A stretch of 64,000 nucleotides of DNA from an uncultured Chloroflexia bacterium (GCA_963712745.1 CAVQJC010000017.1:288001-352000); one strand, 5' to 3'. Positions 1-9,160 are shown, counted from the stretch's first letter. The notes: generated by a model not told the origin, from the letters alone. Made by a program: numbers and translations.

Positions 1-31
1 AGCTCGCACCGCCGGCGACGACGGTGGCGGA

Positions 32-802
32 TTGGGCAACTGCAGGCCGGGCATGGGGGCAGTATCCGCCACGCCCGCGTCGCATACTGGCGACGTGCGG
101 ACCAGGATCGAGAGCCACCAGTACGCCGAAACGGTTCTCCAAGGGAAGTTCCGCGACGAGTGGGAGGAACTGCTCGACGTCATCGGCACGCTCGAAGTGC
201 CCCTTCGGCCAGCAGGACCGTTCACGAGAACCGGACGGCCCAAGTCACCAAAGCGGCAGTCTCGTGTCATCGGCGGACGGCGTGCAAGTGCCCTCATGCC
301 GGTCGATCAGGCCGAGATGAACAAGCGGATACGCGGCACGCTTTCAGGGCTCGGGTGGAACGCCGAGCCGTACATCCTCATCGACCGCGAGGGTCAGCCG
401 ATCGACACCCGTCTTCGTGGTGACTTCGAGAAGGCCGGCGTGTTCGTGGAAGTCGAGTTCGGCAACGTCGCCAGCTTCTATCGCGACCTCTTCAAGTTCC
501 ATATCGCTGGCACGACCGGAGCTGCCAAGGTCGGTGTCATCGTCGTCGCGACCGACTCGCTAGCGCGGCTATTCGACCAGGGCCAGGCGCGATTCGAGCA
601 GGCCGTGTCCCTGCTGCCCTACATGCGCGCGGGAGTGCAACTCCCGACTGCGATCATCGGGATCGACGTGAACGATTGGGAGCCCATCCGGGCCCGGTAC
701 CGGCAGATGCAGACGCTCGTCGAGTCGAATGGCGAGGCCTGCCACACGTTCGAAGCCGTGATGGCCTCTACGAGGCCTGCTCACGCGCGCCCGATCGGCT
801 GA
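32..802 (+). CDS. Type II restriction endonuclease, BglII/BstYI family
   Basis: PD-(D/E)xK-like core 'RGDFEKAGVFVEVEFGNVASFYRDLFKF'; convergent with and overlapping a C5 methyltransferase; true start may be ATG 53 or later. Confidence 0.8.
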   Translation: MGNCRPGMGAVSATPASHTGDVRTRIESHQYAETVLQGKFRDEWEELLDVIGTLEVPLRPAGPFTRTGRPKSPKRQSRVIGGRRASALMPVDQAEMNKRIRGTLSGLGWNAEPYILIDREGQPIDTRLRGDFEKAGVFVEVEFGNVASFYRDLFKFHIAGTTGAAKVGVIVVATDSLARLFDQGQARFEQAVSLLPYMRAGVQLPTAIIGIDVNDWEPIRARYRQMQTLVESNGEACHTFEAVMASTRPAHARPIG

Positions 803-2051
803 CCGACGAGGCGTCTCGGTGCTCGTTCATCAACTCCGCACCGACCCGCTCGATGAGCCCCACTACCAGGGCATTACCCATCATGAAGGCGCGCCGGCCC
901 TCGGGCATCCCCGTGTCCGTCCAGTCGTCCGGGAAGCCGTTGAGGCGCTCGAGCTCGCGGGGTGTCAGCCGCCGAAAGCGACCGTCCTCCAACTCGATCA
1001 AGTGCTTGAAGCGCGACGGGGTGCGCCCGCCTTCGCCGGTCAGGATCGTTCGCGCCGGCCAGTCGGTCCGGTCGGGATAGGGGATCGGGCCCTCGACGTA
1101 GAAGTAGGGCGTGCCCGACCCCTTGTGGAACCGCTGCTCTCGCTTGGCGCCCTTCAGGTACTCCCATCGAGGCAGATCCGCATCGGTGACGATGTACTGC
1201 TCCGGAACGGCGTCGACGGGTTCGAGGATGTCGCCGAGCGTCTCGACCCGGCCATCCCACGCAGGTTCGACATCGAGCGTCCACACCCGTCTCTGTGCCA
1301 TGTAGCCGGCACTTCGGAACGGCGAGACGCCCTTGGTGGCCCCGAAACCTTCCGAGACATCGGCAGGCGCTCCCTCTATGACGAAGGTCGGTGAGGATGA
1401 GAGCACCGGGCCCTCGTTCACCGGCAGGGCACGTGCGAGCGCTCCCCTGTACAGGACCTCGTTGGGGTCCTTCGCCGCCATGCCGACGTCACGGCCGATG
1501 AGCAGCACACGCCGTCGTTTCTGCGGAAAGCCGTAGTCAGCCGCGTTCACGACTCGCCACTCGACCTCGTAGCCGAGGTTCGCGAGGGCAGCCAGCATCA
1601 CCCCGAAGTCACGTCCCCGCTGCCTGGTCGGCGACTTCAGGAGTCGGTCAACGTTCTCGAGAAAGAGGTATCGGGGTCGCTTCATCATCAGCAGGCGGTA
1701 GATCTCCCACCACAGGACGCCCTTCCTGCCGACGATGCCGGCCGCCTGGTTCAGGGTCTTGGCCACCGAGTAGTCCTGGCAGGGGAAGCCGCCAACCAGC
1801 AGCTCGTGGTCCGGAATCACGCGCTGGCCGGCTTCCGCCTGGTTCATGATCTCGTGGATGTCCTCGCACACTGCTTCAGCCTCGCCGAACCGCTGGACAT
1901 AGCAGTCGAACGCATGCTGGGTCTTGGTGCTCGGCTCCCACTGGTTCGCCCACACGGTCTCCCACCCGGAGCGCTCCAGCCCGAGACGAAACCCGCCCAC
2001 GCCCGCGAACAGCTCGACGACGCGCGGCTTCTGGGATCGGGTCACGACCAT
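768..2051 (-). CDS. dcm: DNA (cytosine-5)-methyltransferase, Sau3AI-like
   Basis: Motif I ELFAGVGG, motif IV GGFPCQDYS, motif VI LENV, motif VIII QKRRR, motif X MGNA; 'WANQWEP' and 'GRKGVLWW' as in M.Sau3AI-like enzymes. Confidence 0.95.
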   Translation of the reverse strand: MVVTRSQKPRVVELFAGVGGFRLGLERSGWETVWANQWEPSTKTQHAFDCYVQRFGEAEAVCEDIHEIMNQAEAGQRVIPDHELLVGGFPCQDYSVAKTLNQAAGIVGRKGVLWWEIYRLLMMKRPRYLFLENVDRLLKSPTRQRGRDFGVMLAALANLGYEVEWRVVNAADYGFPQKRRRVLLIGRDVGMAAKDPNEVLYRGALARALPVNEGPVLSSSPTFVIEGAPADVSEGFGATKGVSPFRSAGYMAQRRVWTLDVEPAWDGRVETLGDILEPVDAVPEQYIVTDADLPRWEYLKGAKREQRFHKGSGTPYFYVEGPIPYPDRTDWPARTILTGEGGRTPSRFKHLIELEDGRFRRLTPRELERLNGFPDDWTDTGMPEGRRAFMMGNALVVGLIERVGAELMNEHRDASSVSRSGAREQAS

Positions 2052-2082
2052 CGCTGCATCCTATTCGATCTCGCCAATTCGA

Positions 2083-3936
2083 TCAAGCGTCGGTCTCCCG
2101 CGCGCGCAGCCACTGCAGGATCTCCGCCATCACCTGGCAGTCGACCCGGTTGTAGTCGGCCACGTCCGTCATCAGCGGGTCGTCCAGCAGCACTCCGCCG
2201 GACTCCGCCGTGACCTCATCCACGCGCCAGGCAGCGACCATTGCGCCGAGGCCGTCGGTGGGTCCGTCACCCCAGGCCGTCTCGATCAGGCCCTGCGCGT
2301 GCATGGCCTTGGCGATGGCCTTGAGCCCGAAGTTGAACGCGCCCGTCACCGTCACCGGCGCCGCCTTGACGACCTCGTTGAGCAGGTCGAACCAGGGCAG
2401 CTCGGGCCAGCCGTTATCGGGATGGCGTTTGCGAGCCGAGTTGTAGGCACTCGTCAGCGTGGACGTCTCAGCCGGGCTCCAGTGGTAGATACGCGCCCCG
2501 CCGAGCGCGATGCCCCGCTCCGCGCAGAGCTCCTCCATGCGCGTGATCCAGGCGTCGATGATGGCCGCCTCCGAGGGCTCGTCCAGCCGGTCCGTGGTCC
2601 ACTGGTCGAAGCGCCACTCCCCGTCCTCGATGCGCCCGCAGCCGATCTGGAAGATGAGCGGCAGGCCACCCTCCAAGGGCAGGCTCTCGAAGTCGTCGGC
2701 CATGTTGGAGACCGTCTCGAAGTCCACGTACAGTTCCAGCGGTGCGGGCCGCAGCCAGGCCCCGTCATCGAGTAGCAGCTTGGGCGGCAGCACCACCGGC
2801 TCCAGGGCACGGTTCGCCTCCAGCACCGCGTCGCACAACCGGCCGGCCACGCCGTCGATGCCCAGGGATCGTGCCGACACGCGGGAGTCGCTCCAACGCT
2901 TCAGCCCCTGCTGGTGCGCGTCTGCCCGAACCTGCGGATTCACGCCCGGCAGCAGGGTCAACTCCTCCAGCTCGCGGGCGATCTCGACCTTGGCCCCGTG
3001 CCAGGGATCATCCTGGTCGTGGCGCATGTGCGGGTACAGCTCCGGCCGCGTGGGCACCGGCAGCGCCTCCCATTCGGAACCCTCTCGCCTCAGCTCACGG
3101 ATCCAGCGGTGCGCCCGAAGGGTCAGGTCGCGCAGCGTGGCCCCGTCGTGCTTGTCGAACGTGTTCTCCATCCGCACGCGACCGATGCGCTCGAGACAGC
3201 CCTTGCCACGGCCGTCCTTGCCCTGCTTCCAGTTCCGCCCCAGCAGGTAGCCGAACGGCGGCTCGTAGCCCTGGATCCGCCCGAGCGCGGTGTTGTAGAC
3301 CCACACCTGGGACTGATACGCGAGCGACTTGGCGGACCCGCCCATCGAGCCGTCCTTGACCAGCGCCAGTTTGCGGTACTTGATGTCGATGACGCGGTAG
3401 TGGCGGTCGGCCAGCCCCAGGCCGGGTGCAGCCGCCGACGCCTCGTCGAGCGAGACGTCGTCAGGGAACAGCCCGGCCAGCACGTCCGAGCGCACGAGCA
3501 GGTCCGCCATGCCGTACGTCCGGTGCTGCGGATCGCGGAGTACGCCCTGGGTGATGGCGGGCACGCCCTCGCGCATGGCCCCGATCGTCTTCTGGGCAGC
3601 CTCGAGCGAGCGGCTGTCTTCCCAGTGGGTGGCGATCTCCAAGACCTCTGACTCCTGCCGCAGCAGCTCGATGACGCCGTCCTCGAAGGCGTCGCCCTTG
3701 CCGAAGACGAACTCGCGAAAGCTGGTCCGCGGCTCGTAGCCGTCGATCTTGTGGTCAGGCACGAAGCCCTTCTCTTCGCCGTACCGTTCGAGCCAGTCGA
3801 GCAGCGGGTCGTCGTTCAGCCAGTTGCGGGACTTGGTCGCAGAGACCCAGTCCCGCCAGTCCTCGCGGGCTTCAGGCACGACGATCCGTCCGTCGTCAGC
3901 CGTGGTGAGGGCGTGCTCGCCCGCGATCTGGTCCAT
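2083..3936 (-). CDS. TM0106-family RecB-like nuclease with C-terminal RNase H-like domain
   Basis: 'GMADLLVRSD...VIDIKY' PD-(D/E)xK nuclease; C-terminal 'VDFET...YHW...DL...FGLKAIA...YNRVDC'. Confidence 0.8.
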   Translation of the reverse strand: MDQIAGEHALTTADDGRIVVPEAREDWRDWVSATKSRNWLNDDPLLDWLERYGEEKGFVPDHKIDGYEPRTSFREFVFGKGDAFEDGVIELLRQESEVLEIATHWEDSRSLEAAQKTIGAMREGVPAITQGVLRDPQHRTYGMADLLVRSDVLAGLFPDDVSLDEASAAAPGLGLADRHYRVIDIKYRKLALVKDGSMGGSAKSLAYQSQVWVYNTALGRIQGYEPPFGYLLGRNWKQGKDGRGKGCLERIGRVRMENTFDKHDGATLRDLTLRAHRWIRELRREGSEWEALPVPTRPELYPHMRHDQDDPWHGAKVEIARELEELTLLPGVNPQVRADAHQQGLKRWSDSRVSARSLGIDGVAGRLCDAVLEANRALEPVVLPPKLLLDDGAWLRPAPLELYVDFETVSNMADDFESLPLEGGLPLIFQIGCGRIEDGEWRFDQWTTDRLDEPSEAAIIDAWITRMEELCAERGIALGGARIYHWSPAETSTLTSAYNSARKRHPDNGWPELPWFDLLNEVVKAAPVTVTGAFNFGLKAIAKAMHAQGLIETAWGDGPTDGLGAMVAAWRVDEVTAESGGVLLDDPLMTDVADYNRVDCQVMAEILQWLRARETDA

Positions 3937-3994
3937 CGCACCCGATGGTACGTGGGTGGCGTGTCAGCTCGTGTGGCACGGGAGCATCGACCGG

Positions 3995-4759
3995 TCAGGG
4001 CCTGGTGACGATGACCTCTGCAGCGCCCGCGTTATTGGACTTGATGGCTTCGGGCGAGGTGGTCGAGGCCGTCACCTTCAGCGACACCGTACCCTCGTCG
4101 CCGATGGGCAGGCCGCAATCCTGGAGGTACGAGGTGGCCTCGAACTCGCCCGACTCCAGCGTGCCTAGGACCTCGACGCCTGTCGGGTCGTCGGCACCGC
4201 GACACGTGACTCCGGTCTCGTCCCAGGTGATGTCGACCTTCACCCCCGCGGCATCCTTGGGGCCGATGTTCTTGACCCTCCAGGTGATATCGAACATGGG
4301 CTCCGGGCCAGCCTGACCGACCACGCTGGAGGTGGAGGCACGCACGATTACCTTCAGGTCTGCGCCTTCACAGCCGGACTTCAGGGCGCCGTCGGCGCCG
4401 CCGTAGCAGGCGTCCTTGTCCTTGCCACCGAAGAGCTTGTCGAAGCCGCCGTCGCCCTTGAGGATGTCCTTGCCGGCGTTCCCGAAGATGCGGTCGCGGC
4501 CGTCGCCGCCGAGGACCACGTCGTTGCCGTTGCCGGCGCAGATGATGTCGTTGCCGCCCAGGCCGAGGATCTTGTCCCGGCCGCCCTTGGCCACGATGAC
4601 GTCCCGCCCGGGCGTGCCCTTGATGTAGTTGGCCTTGTCGTTGCCCACGATGGTGGCAGGTATGCCAGCGCACTTGGGTGGACCGGCGCTGACTGAAGTG
4701 GCTGCTGCCGGTAGCGCCAGCAGGGCGAACGTGATCGCGGTCACGACGATTCGCTTCAT
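3995..4759 (-). CDS. Secreted protein with RTX/hemolysin-type Ca-binding repeats and a CARDB-like Ig domain
   Basis: Signal peptide MKRIVVTAITFALLALPAAA after a GAGAGGGG RBS; GGxGxD nonapeptide repeats; 'VKNIG...NN' Ig-like tail. Confidence 0.8.
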   Translation of the reverse strand: MKRIVVTAITFALLALPAAATSVSAGPPKCAGIPATIVGNDKANYIKGTPGRDVIVAKGGRDKILGLGGNDIICAGNGNDVVLGGDGRDRIFGNAGKDILKGDGGFDKLFGGKDKDACYGGADGALKSGCEGADLKVIVRASTSSVVGQAGPEPMFDITWRVKNIGPKDAAGVKVDITWDETGVTCRGADDPTGVEVLGTLESGEFEATSYLQDCGLPIGDEGTVSLKVTASTTSPEAIKSNNAGAAEVIVTRP

Positions 4760-4843
4760 GATCCCCTCTCGATCAGTGCAGACGGTCGAGCCTAGGCGTC
4801 CTCCAGCCGCTCGTCCACCCTCTCCCGCGATACGCTGGTGCGG

Positions 4844-6235
4844 ATGTCCACCACTGGAACGGGACCGCGGGCCCGTGTCTCCGCCTGGCTCCGTCGATGG
4901 CGTCCGCTGCTGCCCCTGTTCGGGGCCGAGCTCATCGTGCTCATCGGCTTCGGGGCGCTGCTGCCGGTGCTGCCGCTCTACATCGAGGAGCACGGCATCG
5001 ACCCGACCGGGCTGGGCATCATCGTCGCGGGCTGGGCCCTGGCCAAGCTCATCTTCGAGCCGCTCTGGGGCTGGTGGGCCGACCGGCACTCGCGCAAGCC
5101 GCAGATGGTGGTAGCCCTGATCGGGCTCGGCGTGGTCAGCATCCTGCCGCTGTTCTTCACGACCTTCGTGGCCTTCTTCCTAGCGCGCTTCCTGGCCGGC
5201 TTTGCGGCCGCGGCCTATGACCCCGCGGCCCGCGGCATGGTCGTCGACGCCACGGCCGAGAACAAGCGCGGAGAGGCCTTCGGCTACTACGGCGCGTTCC
5301 AGATCGCCGGCTTCGTCATCGGCCCGGCCATCGGCGGCCTCGGCGCCACCATCTTCGGCACCTACACCTTCCCCTTCGTCTTCACCTCGCTGCTCTCGCT
5401 GGTCGGTGCCTTCGTACTCATGCGCTACCTGGCCCCGACGCCCAGCGCCGTGCGTGACGAGGAGCCCGCGCTCCGGCTGGCGCCCCAGCCCGGCTCCGGG
5501 CCTGAGGTGACGCCCGAGTCACGACCCCTGACCGATTCCATGGCCCGTCCGCTGCCGGCGGGAGATCCATTCACCGCGTCGGAGACGCTCGTCGTTCCGG
5601 CCGACGCGTCCGAGTCAGTGACGCCGGCGCCGCTCTCGGCGCTCTTCAACCGCACCGTCATCGCCGCCCTGGTCCTGACGTTCGGGCTGCACCTCTCCTT
5701 CGGCACGTACGAGGTGGTGTGGTCGTACTACTTGATCGCGCTGGGCGCCACCGTGGCCTGGGTCAGCCTCACGTTCGTGCTGTTCGGCATCCCCGAGATG
5801 CTCATCGGGCCGTACGCAGGACGCATCGTGGACCGGCGCGGGCCCGTGGGCCTGGTCATCGGCAGCGGCCTGGTCATCATCGTCGCGGGCAGCATCTACG
5901 CGAGCGCTTCGTACTTCCTGGTCCCCTCGATCTACCTCGTGCCGACGATCGTGGTGCCCTTCGAGGCAGCGGCCACGGCCGCCATGATGCCTGCGCTGTA
6001 CGCCATGCTGGCACGCGGCACGCCACAGGGCCGCGCTTCTACGACCCAGGGCATCTTCGGTGCCATGAGCACGCTGGCGCTGGTGGTGGCGTCGGTCGTC
6101 GCGGGCGCGCTCTTCGAGCGGGGCATCGGCCTGCCGTTCTGGTTCTTCGTGGGCGGCATCATCGTCTGTCTCGTGCTCGGCCTGGCCATCTACCGCAGCG
6201 CCGGGCGAGACCCTGCCGCTGCCACGAGCGCATAG
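4844..6235 (+). CDS. MFS transporter
   Basis: About 12 hydrophobic segments; motif A-like 'GWWADRHSRK' and 'GRIVDRRGP'. Confidence 0.9.
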   Translation: MSTTGTGPRARVSAWLRRWRPLLPLFGAELIVLIGFGALLPVLPLYIEEHGIDPTGLGIIVAGWALAKLIFEPLWGWWADRHSRKPQMVVALIGLGVVSILPLFFTTFVAFFLARFLAGFAAAAYDPAARGMVVDATAENKRGEAFGYYGAFQIAGFVIGPAIGGLGATIFGTYTFPFVFTSLLSLVGAFVLMRYLAPTPSAVRDEEPALRLAPQPGSGPEVTPESRPLTDSMARPLPAGDPFTASETLVVPADASESVTPAPLSALFNRTVIAALVLTFGLHLSFGTYEVVWSYYLIALGATVAWVSLTFVLFGIPEMLIGPYAGRIVDRRGPVGLVIGSGLVIIVAGSIYASASYFLVPSIYLVPTIVVPFEAAATAAMMPALYAMLARGTPQGRASTTQGIFGAMSTLALVVASVVAGALFERGIGLPFWFFVGGIIVCLVLGLAIYRSAGRDPAAATSA

Positions 6236-6431
6236 GCCGCTCCCGCCCACTCGGGGAGTGGGTCACTCGAGCCCGCGCGGGTCGTGGGTCTCCGGTGCCC
6301 ACCGCGCCTGGGCTGCTGCTGCCCTCGAGGGGGGTAGGACCTCTTCTGCCCGAAACTCGTCCATTCGGCCCTTTGACACCGATGTAAACGTTGTCATGCT
6401 CGTAGCACAAGAGAAAAGGAGGTTCGGGTAT

Positions 6432-6692
6432 ATGTCCTGGGTCTTCATGGTGTCGGTCGCCATCCTCCTTGCGGCGATCGTGCTCATCGAGTTCCGCGCC
6501 GTTCGCGCGGGCGATGAGCGTCTGCACCACGCCCCCGGCTACGCCCTCGTCATGGGCGGGCTGGTCGTCATCGGCGTCGGCGTCGCAGCTGCGGTGACGG
6601 AGCATGTCGTCATCGCGCTGGCTGCGTCATGTGCCGGTCTCCTCTCGGTGGCCCTGGGGGCCACTCGACACAGGGAAGCAGCCGCACACTAA
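6432..6692 (+). CDS. Small membrane protein (3 TM)
   Basis: AAGGAGG RBS before ATG 6432; three hydrophobic stretches. Confidence 0.7.
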   Translation: MSWVFMVSVAILLAAIVLIEFRAVRAGDERLHHAPGYALVMGGLVVIGVGVAAAVTEHVVIALAASCAGLLSVALGATRHREAAAH

Positions 6693-6902
6693 CCACAGAC
6701 GTCTCCTCGGCGGCACCGCTGGCCGCCGCTCAAGCGGAGCCCGTCCGGCCTTCTCCGGACGGGCTCACTCCACCTCTTCGCCCGCGGGGCACTCCCCAGT
6801 TACGCCCGCCCGCCCGCGGCCCGCCCCAGTTGCGCCCACCCCAGGCCCCGCGCTGCGGGCACGGCCAGTCACTGGCCCTGCCCTGTGGGCACGGCCAGTC
6901 CC

Positions 6903-7135
6903 GGGAGTGAGTCCTCGGCAGACTCCAACAGGCAGGCATCGCCCAGGCCCGCCAAGCCGGGCCCGTGGCTGCAGCCGTTCGAGTCCAAGGCAGACTCAGA
7001 ACGACCGCGCACACGCCGAATCGAGTCGGCTCCGAACTGAGGACGGCCAGACTGGCGCCGTTGTCCGAGCTGGCCTCACCGTGGGCGTCCACGGCGGACT
7101 CGGCGGCCCTGCACCGCATGCGACTCATGCCCAAC
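6903..7135. ncRNA. Candidate structured ncRNA unit A (multi-stem, unassigned)
   Basis: Ends pair (GGGAGTGAGTC / GACTCATGCCC); internal hairpins CCGTGG/CCACGG, GGCCAG/CTGGCC, CGTTC-GAGTC/GACTC-AGAACG; no credible ORF. Confidence 0.35.
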
Positions 7136-7146
7136 CGTGCGATCGG

Positions 7147-7335
7147 CCGTTCGCCATGCCGCGGACGCCTGTGCCGTTCGCCATGCCGCGGACGCCTGTG
7201 CCGTTCGCCATGCCGCGGACGCCTGTGCCGTTCGCCATGCCGCGGACGCCTGTGCCGTTCGCCATGCCGCGGACGCCTGTGCCGTTCGCCATGCCGCGGA
7301 CGCCTGTGCCGTTCGCCATGCCGCGGACGCCTGTG
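7147..7335. repeat. Perfect tandem repeat, 7 x 27 bp (CCGTTCGCCATGCCGCGGACGCCTGTG)
   Basis: Seven identical head-to-tail copies, no spacers. Confidence 0.97.
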
Positions 7336-7339
7336 TGGA

Positions 7340-7508
7340 CCAGGAAGACCAACCCGGGCCGCAGGCTGGAGGGCCTCGCGCGCCGGTTCAGTCACCACGG
7401 ACTCAGCGGTCCGTCGAGTCGGCGTTCCGAGTCCCTCATGACTCGGATGGCGCTTGGCAGAGAGACTGGGGTAGAGCGGGCACCTCTTCGCGGTCCTTGT
7501 AGTCCTGG
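7340..7508 (-). ncRNA. Putative 6S(SsrS)-like structured RNA (unit B)
   Basis: About 170 nt; closing stem CCAGGA/UCCUGG, central unpaired pyrimidine-rich bubble, GCGCC/GGCGC stem, two terminal hairpins; 3' CAGCCUGCGGC recalls the E. coli 6S 3' strand. Confidence 0.45.
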
Positions 7509-7606
7509 CCGGCATAGCGTTCCGGGCGCCGCGGCAACCCAGGACCGGACAGCCACGCCCGGCGCCACAGCCACGCCCGGCGCCAAGACGGCAACCCCGC
7601 CAAACG

Positions 7607-8428
7607 CTAGATCGTCTGGTTGGCCAGCTCCAACTGATGGACCGTGCGCCGCTGCAGCGCGTCGAGCCGCGCGGGGCCCAGCACCTCGCAGGCCCAGTCC
7701 CAGTGCAGCGCGACGACGTCACCGGGCGAGACATCGGAGACGAATCCTGTCCCGTCCAGCCAGCGCCGGACCGTCTGCACCTTCGGCTCCGCCAGCGCCA
7801 GTTTCCCGTCCTCCAGCCCCAGTGGCACCGCGTTCACCACCAGCGACTCTCCCGCGACCTCCATCACCCGCCCCCAGCGGATGCGGCAGGAATCCATGAG
7901 CCCGATCGCATCGGTCACCGCACCGCCGCGCATCAGTCCCACCCGCGGGAAGACGTCGAAGACGTGGAAGGCATGTGTCGGCCGTGCCCCCGCCTCCGGC
8001 TTGCCCTCGAGCCACTTCCAGGCTTCGGGCAGCAGTTGCGAGCGGAAACGCGTGTCCATCGAACGGGTCATGAGCCCCGGGTCCACGCTGTCGGAGAAGG
8101 CACTGCCGATCCAGTAGGCGTCAACAACGCGCAGATCCATGGGGTCATCGATGCCGTGGGCTGAAGCGATGAGCTCCAGGTAGGGATAGGCGCCCTCGAA
8201 GCCGGCTGCCAGGTCGCGCAGGCCGTGGTCGATCTCCAACGCCTGGGCCTGGCTGGGCCCGCTCGCCGAAGCACCGCCGGACGCGGCCGCGCCCAGCTCC
8301 AGCAGGGAGCGCCAGTCCTCCGGGCCACACAGGCCCAGGCGGTTGGGGCCGAAGGCGTAACGGGCGAAGAGCACGGGGCCCGTGGGCGTCGGGCGTGCGC
8401 TGGTGTCGGGAGGAGCGGGGAGGTTCAT
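7607..8428 (-). CDS. DUF6390 family protein (hydrogenase-associated)
   Basis: 'FARYAFGPNRLGLCGP', 'FEGAYPYL', 'VVDAYWIG', 'HAFHV', 'MDSCRIRWG', 'LHWDWAC'; ATGA overlap with hypC-like gene. Confidence 0.8.
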   Translation of the reverse strand: MNLPAPPDTSARPTPTGPVLFARYAFGPNRLGLCGPEDWRSLLELGAAASGGASASGPSQAQALEIDHGLRDLAAGFEGAYPYLELIASAHGIDDPMDLRVVDAYWIGSAFSDSVDPGLMTRSMDTRFRSQLLPEAWKWLEGKPEAGARPTHAFHVFDVFPRVGLMRGGAVTDAIGLMDSCRIRWGRVMEVAGESLVVNAVPLGLEDGKLALAEPKVQTVRRWLDGTGFVSDVSPGDVVALHWDWACEVLGPARLDALQRRTVHQLELANQTI

Positions 8429-8802
8429 CGGTAGCGGCACGTGGTGCGACTCAGCCGGTCGGCTCGGCGACTCCGCGCCGGAGCCTCGACCGTCGCCGGA
8501 GCCTCGACCGTCGCCGGAGCCTCGACCGTCGCCGGAGCCTCGACCGTCGCCGGAGCCTCGACCGTCGCCGGAGCCTCGACCTCGGGTCCAGGACCCATGA
8601 GGATGCTGAATGCGCGCGACATCTCTGCGGCCTGGTCCTCGTCGAGCTTGCGTACGACGGTGCCGCTGTTGACCAGCACCCAGTCGCCCACGACCAGGTC
8701 CGGCTCGAGCATCATCGAGGCCTTGTCCACGCGACCTCCGACCTCCACCTCGCACAGGCTGCCGTCGACGGCCACGACTCGCGCGGGGGCCATCAGGCAC
8801 AT
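8425..8802 (-). CDS. hypC: HypC/HybG/HupF family hydrogenase chaperone with C-terminal (VEAPAT)n tail
   Basis: N-terminal MCLMAPARV, 'VGDWVLVNSG'; GGAGGT-like RBS. Confidence 0.8.
   Translation of the reverse strand: MCLMAPARVVAVDGSLCEVEVGGRVDKASMMLEPDLVVGDWVLVNSGTVVRKLDEDQAAEMSRAFSILMGPGPEVEAPATVEAPATVEAPATVEAPATVEAPATVEAPARSRRADRLSRTTCRYR
8477..8581. repeat. Coding tandem repeat, ~5.8 x 18 bp (GCCGGAGCCTCGACCGTC)
   Basis: Five full copies plus one partial inside hypC; encodes TVEAPA repeats. Confidence 0.95.
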
Positions 8803-9125
8803 GGCGCCACCTCGTGACAGACGACCGCGGGTCCGGGCACCTGCGGCAGGGGCGCACCGCAGTGGCCACACTGCGGGTGGGACGGCGAAGCGGTCGTGGC
8901 CAGCTCCCCGCACAGCTCGCAGTGCACGTCGTTCGTCTGCACCGTGAACGTGGTCGAGGGGTAGCCGTGTTGGGCCAGGATGGCAGAAGCGTAGAAGGCC
9001 ACGGCGCCAGCTTCTGCCCGCGTGGCATCGCGGATCTCCAGCTCCAGCTGGCCTCCACATCCCGACTTGGGCCAGCCGGCGATGACCTTCTCGATAGCGC
9101 CGCCGACGGCTCCTGCCTCATGCAT
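8793..9125 (-). CDS. hypA: Hydrogenase nickel metallochaperone HypA (divergent)
   Basis: N-terminal MHE Ni motif; two CxxC pairs (CELC, CGHC). Confidence 0.8.
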   Translation of the reverse strand: MHEAGAVGGAIEKVIAGWPKSGCGGQLELEIRDATRAEAGAVAFYASAILAQHGYPSTTFTVQTNDVHCELCGELATTASPSHPQCGHCGAPLPQVPGPAVVCHEVAPCA

Positions 9126-9160
9126 GCGACCAGCATGCCCCAAGGGGGCAAACTGCGCCG

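Noticed and set aside
6794-6900. 30-bp-period degenerate duplications (and the 18-bp doublet at 7549-7584)
   Set aside because: Two-copy local slippage duplications with no evident function
7147-7335. CRISPR array
   Set aside because: The 27-bp units are contiguous with no unique spacers, and no cas genes are in the window; it is a tandem repeat
6604-7899. Long ORFs crossing the 27-bp repeat (6604..7899 +, 6730..7734 -)
   Set aside because: Low-complexity Pro/Arg/Ala products, overlap with real genes, no RBS; open only because of high GC and a repeat length divisible by 3
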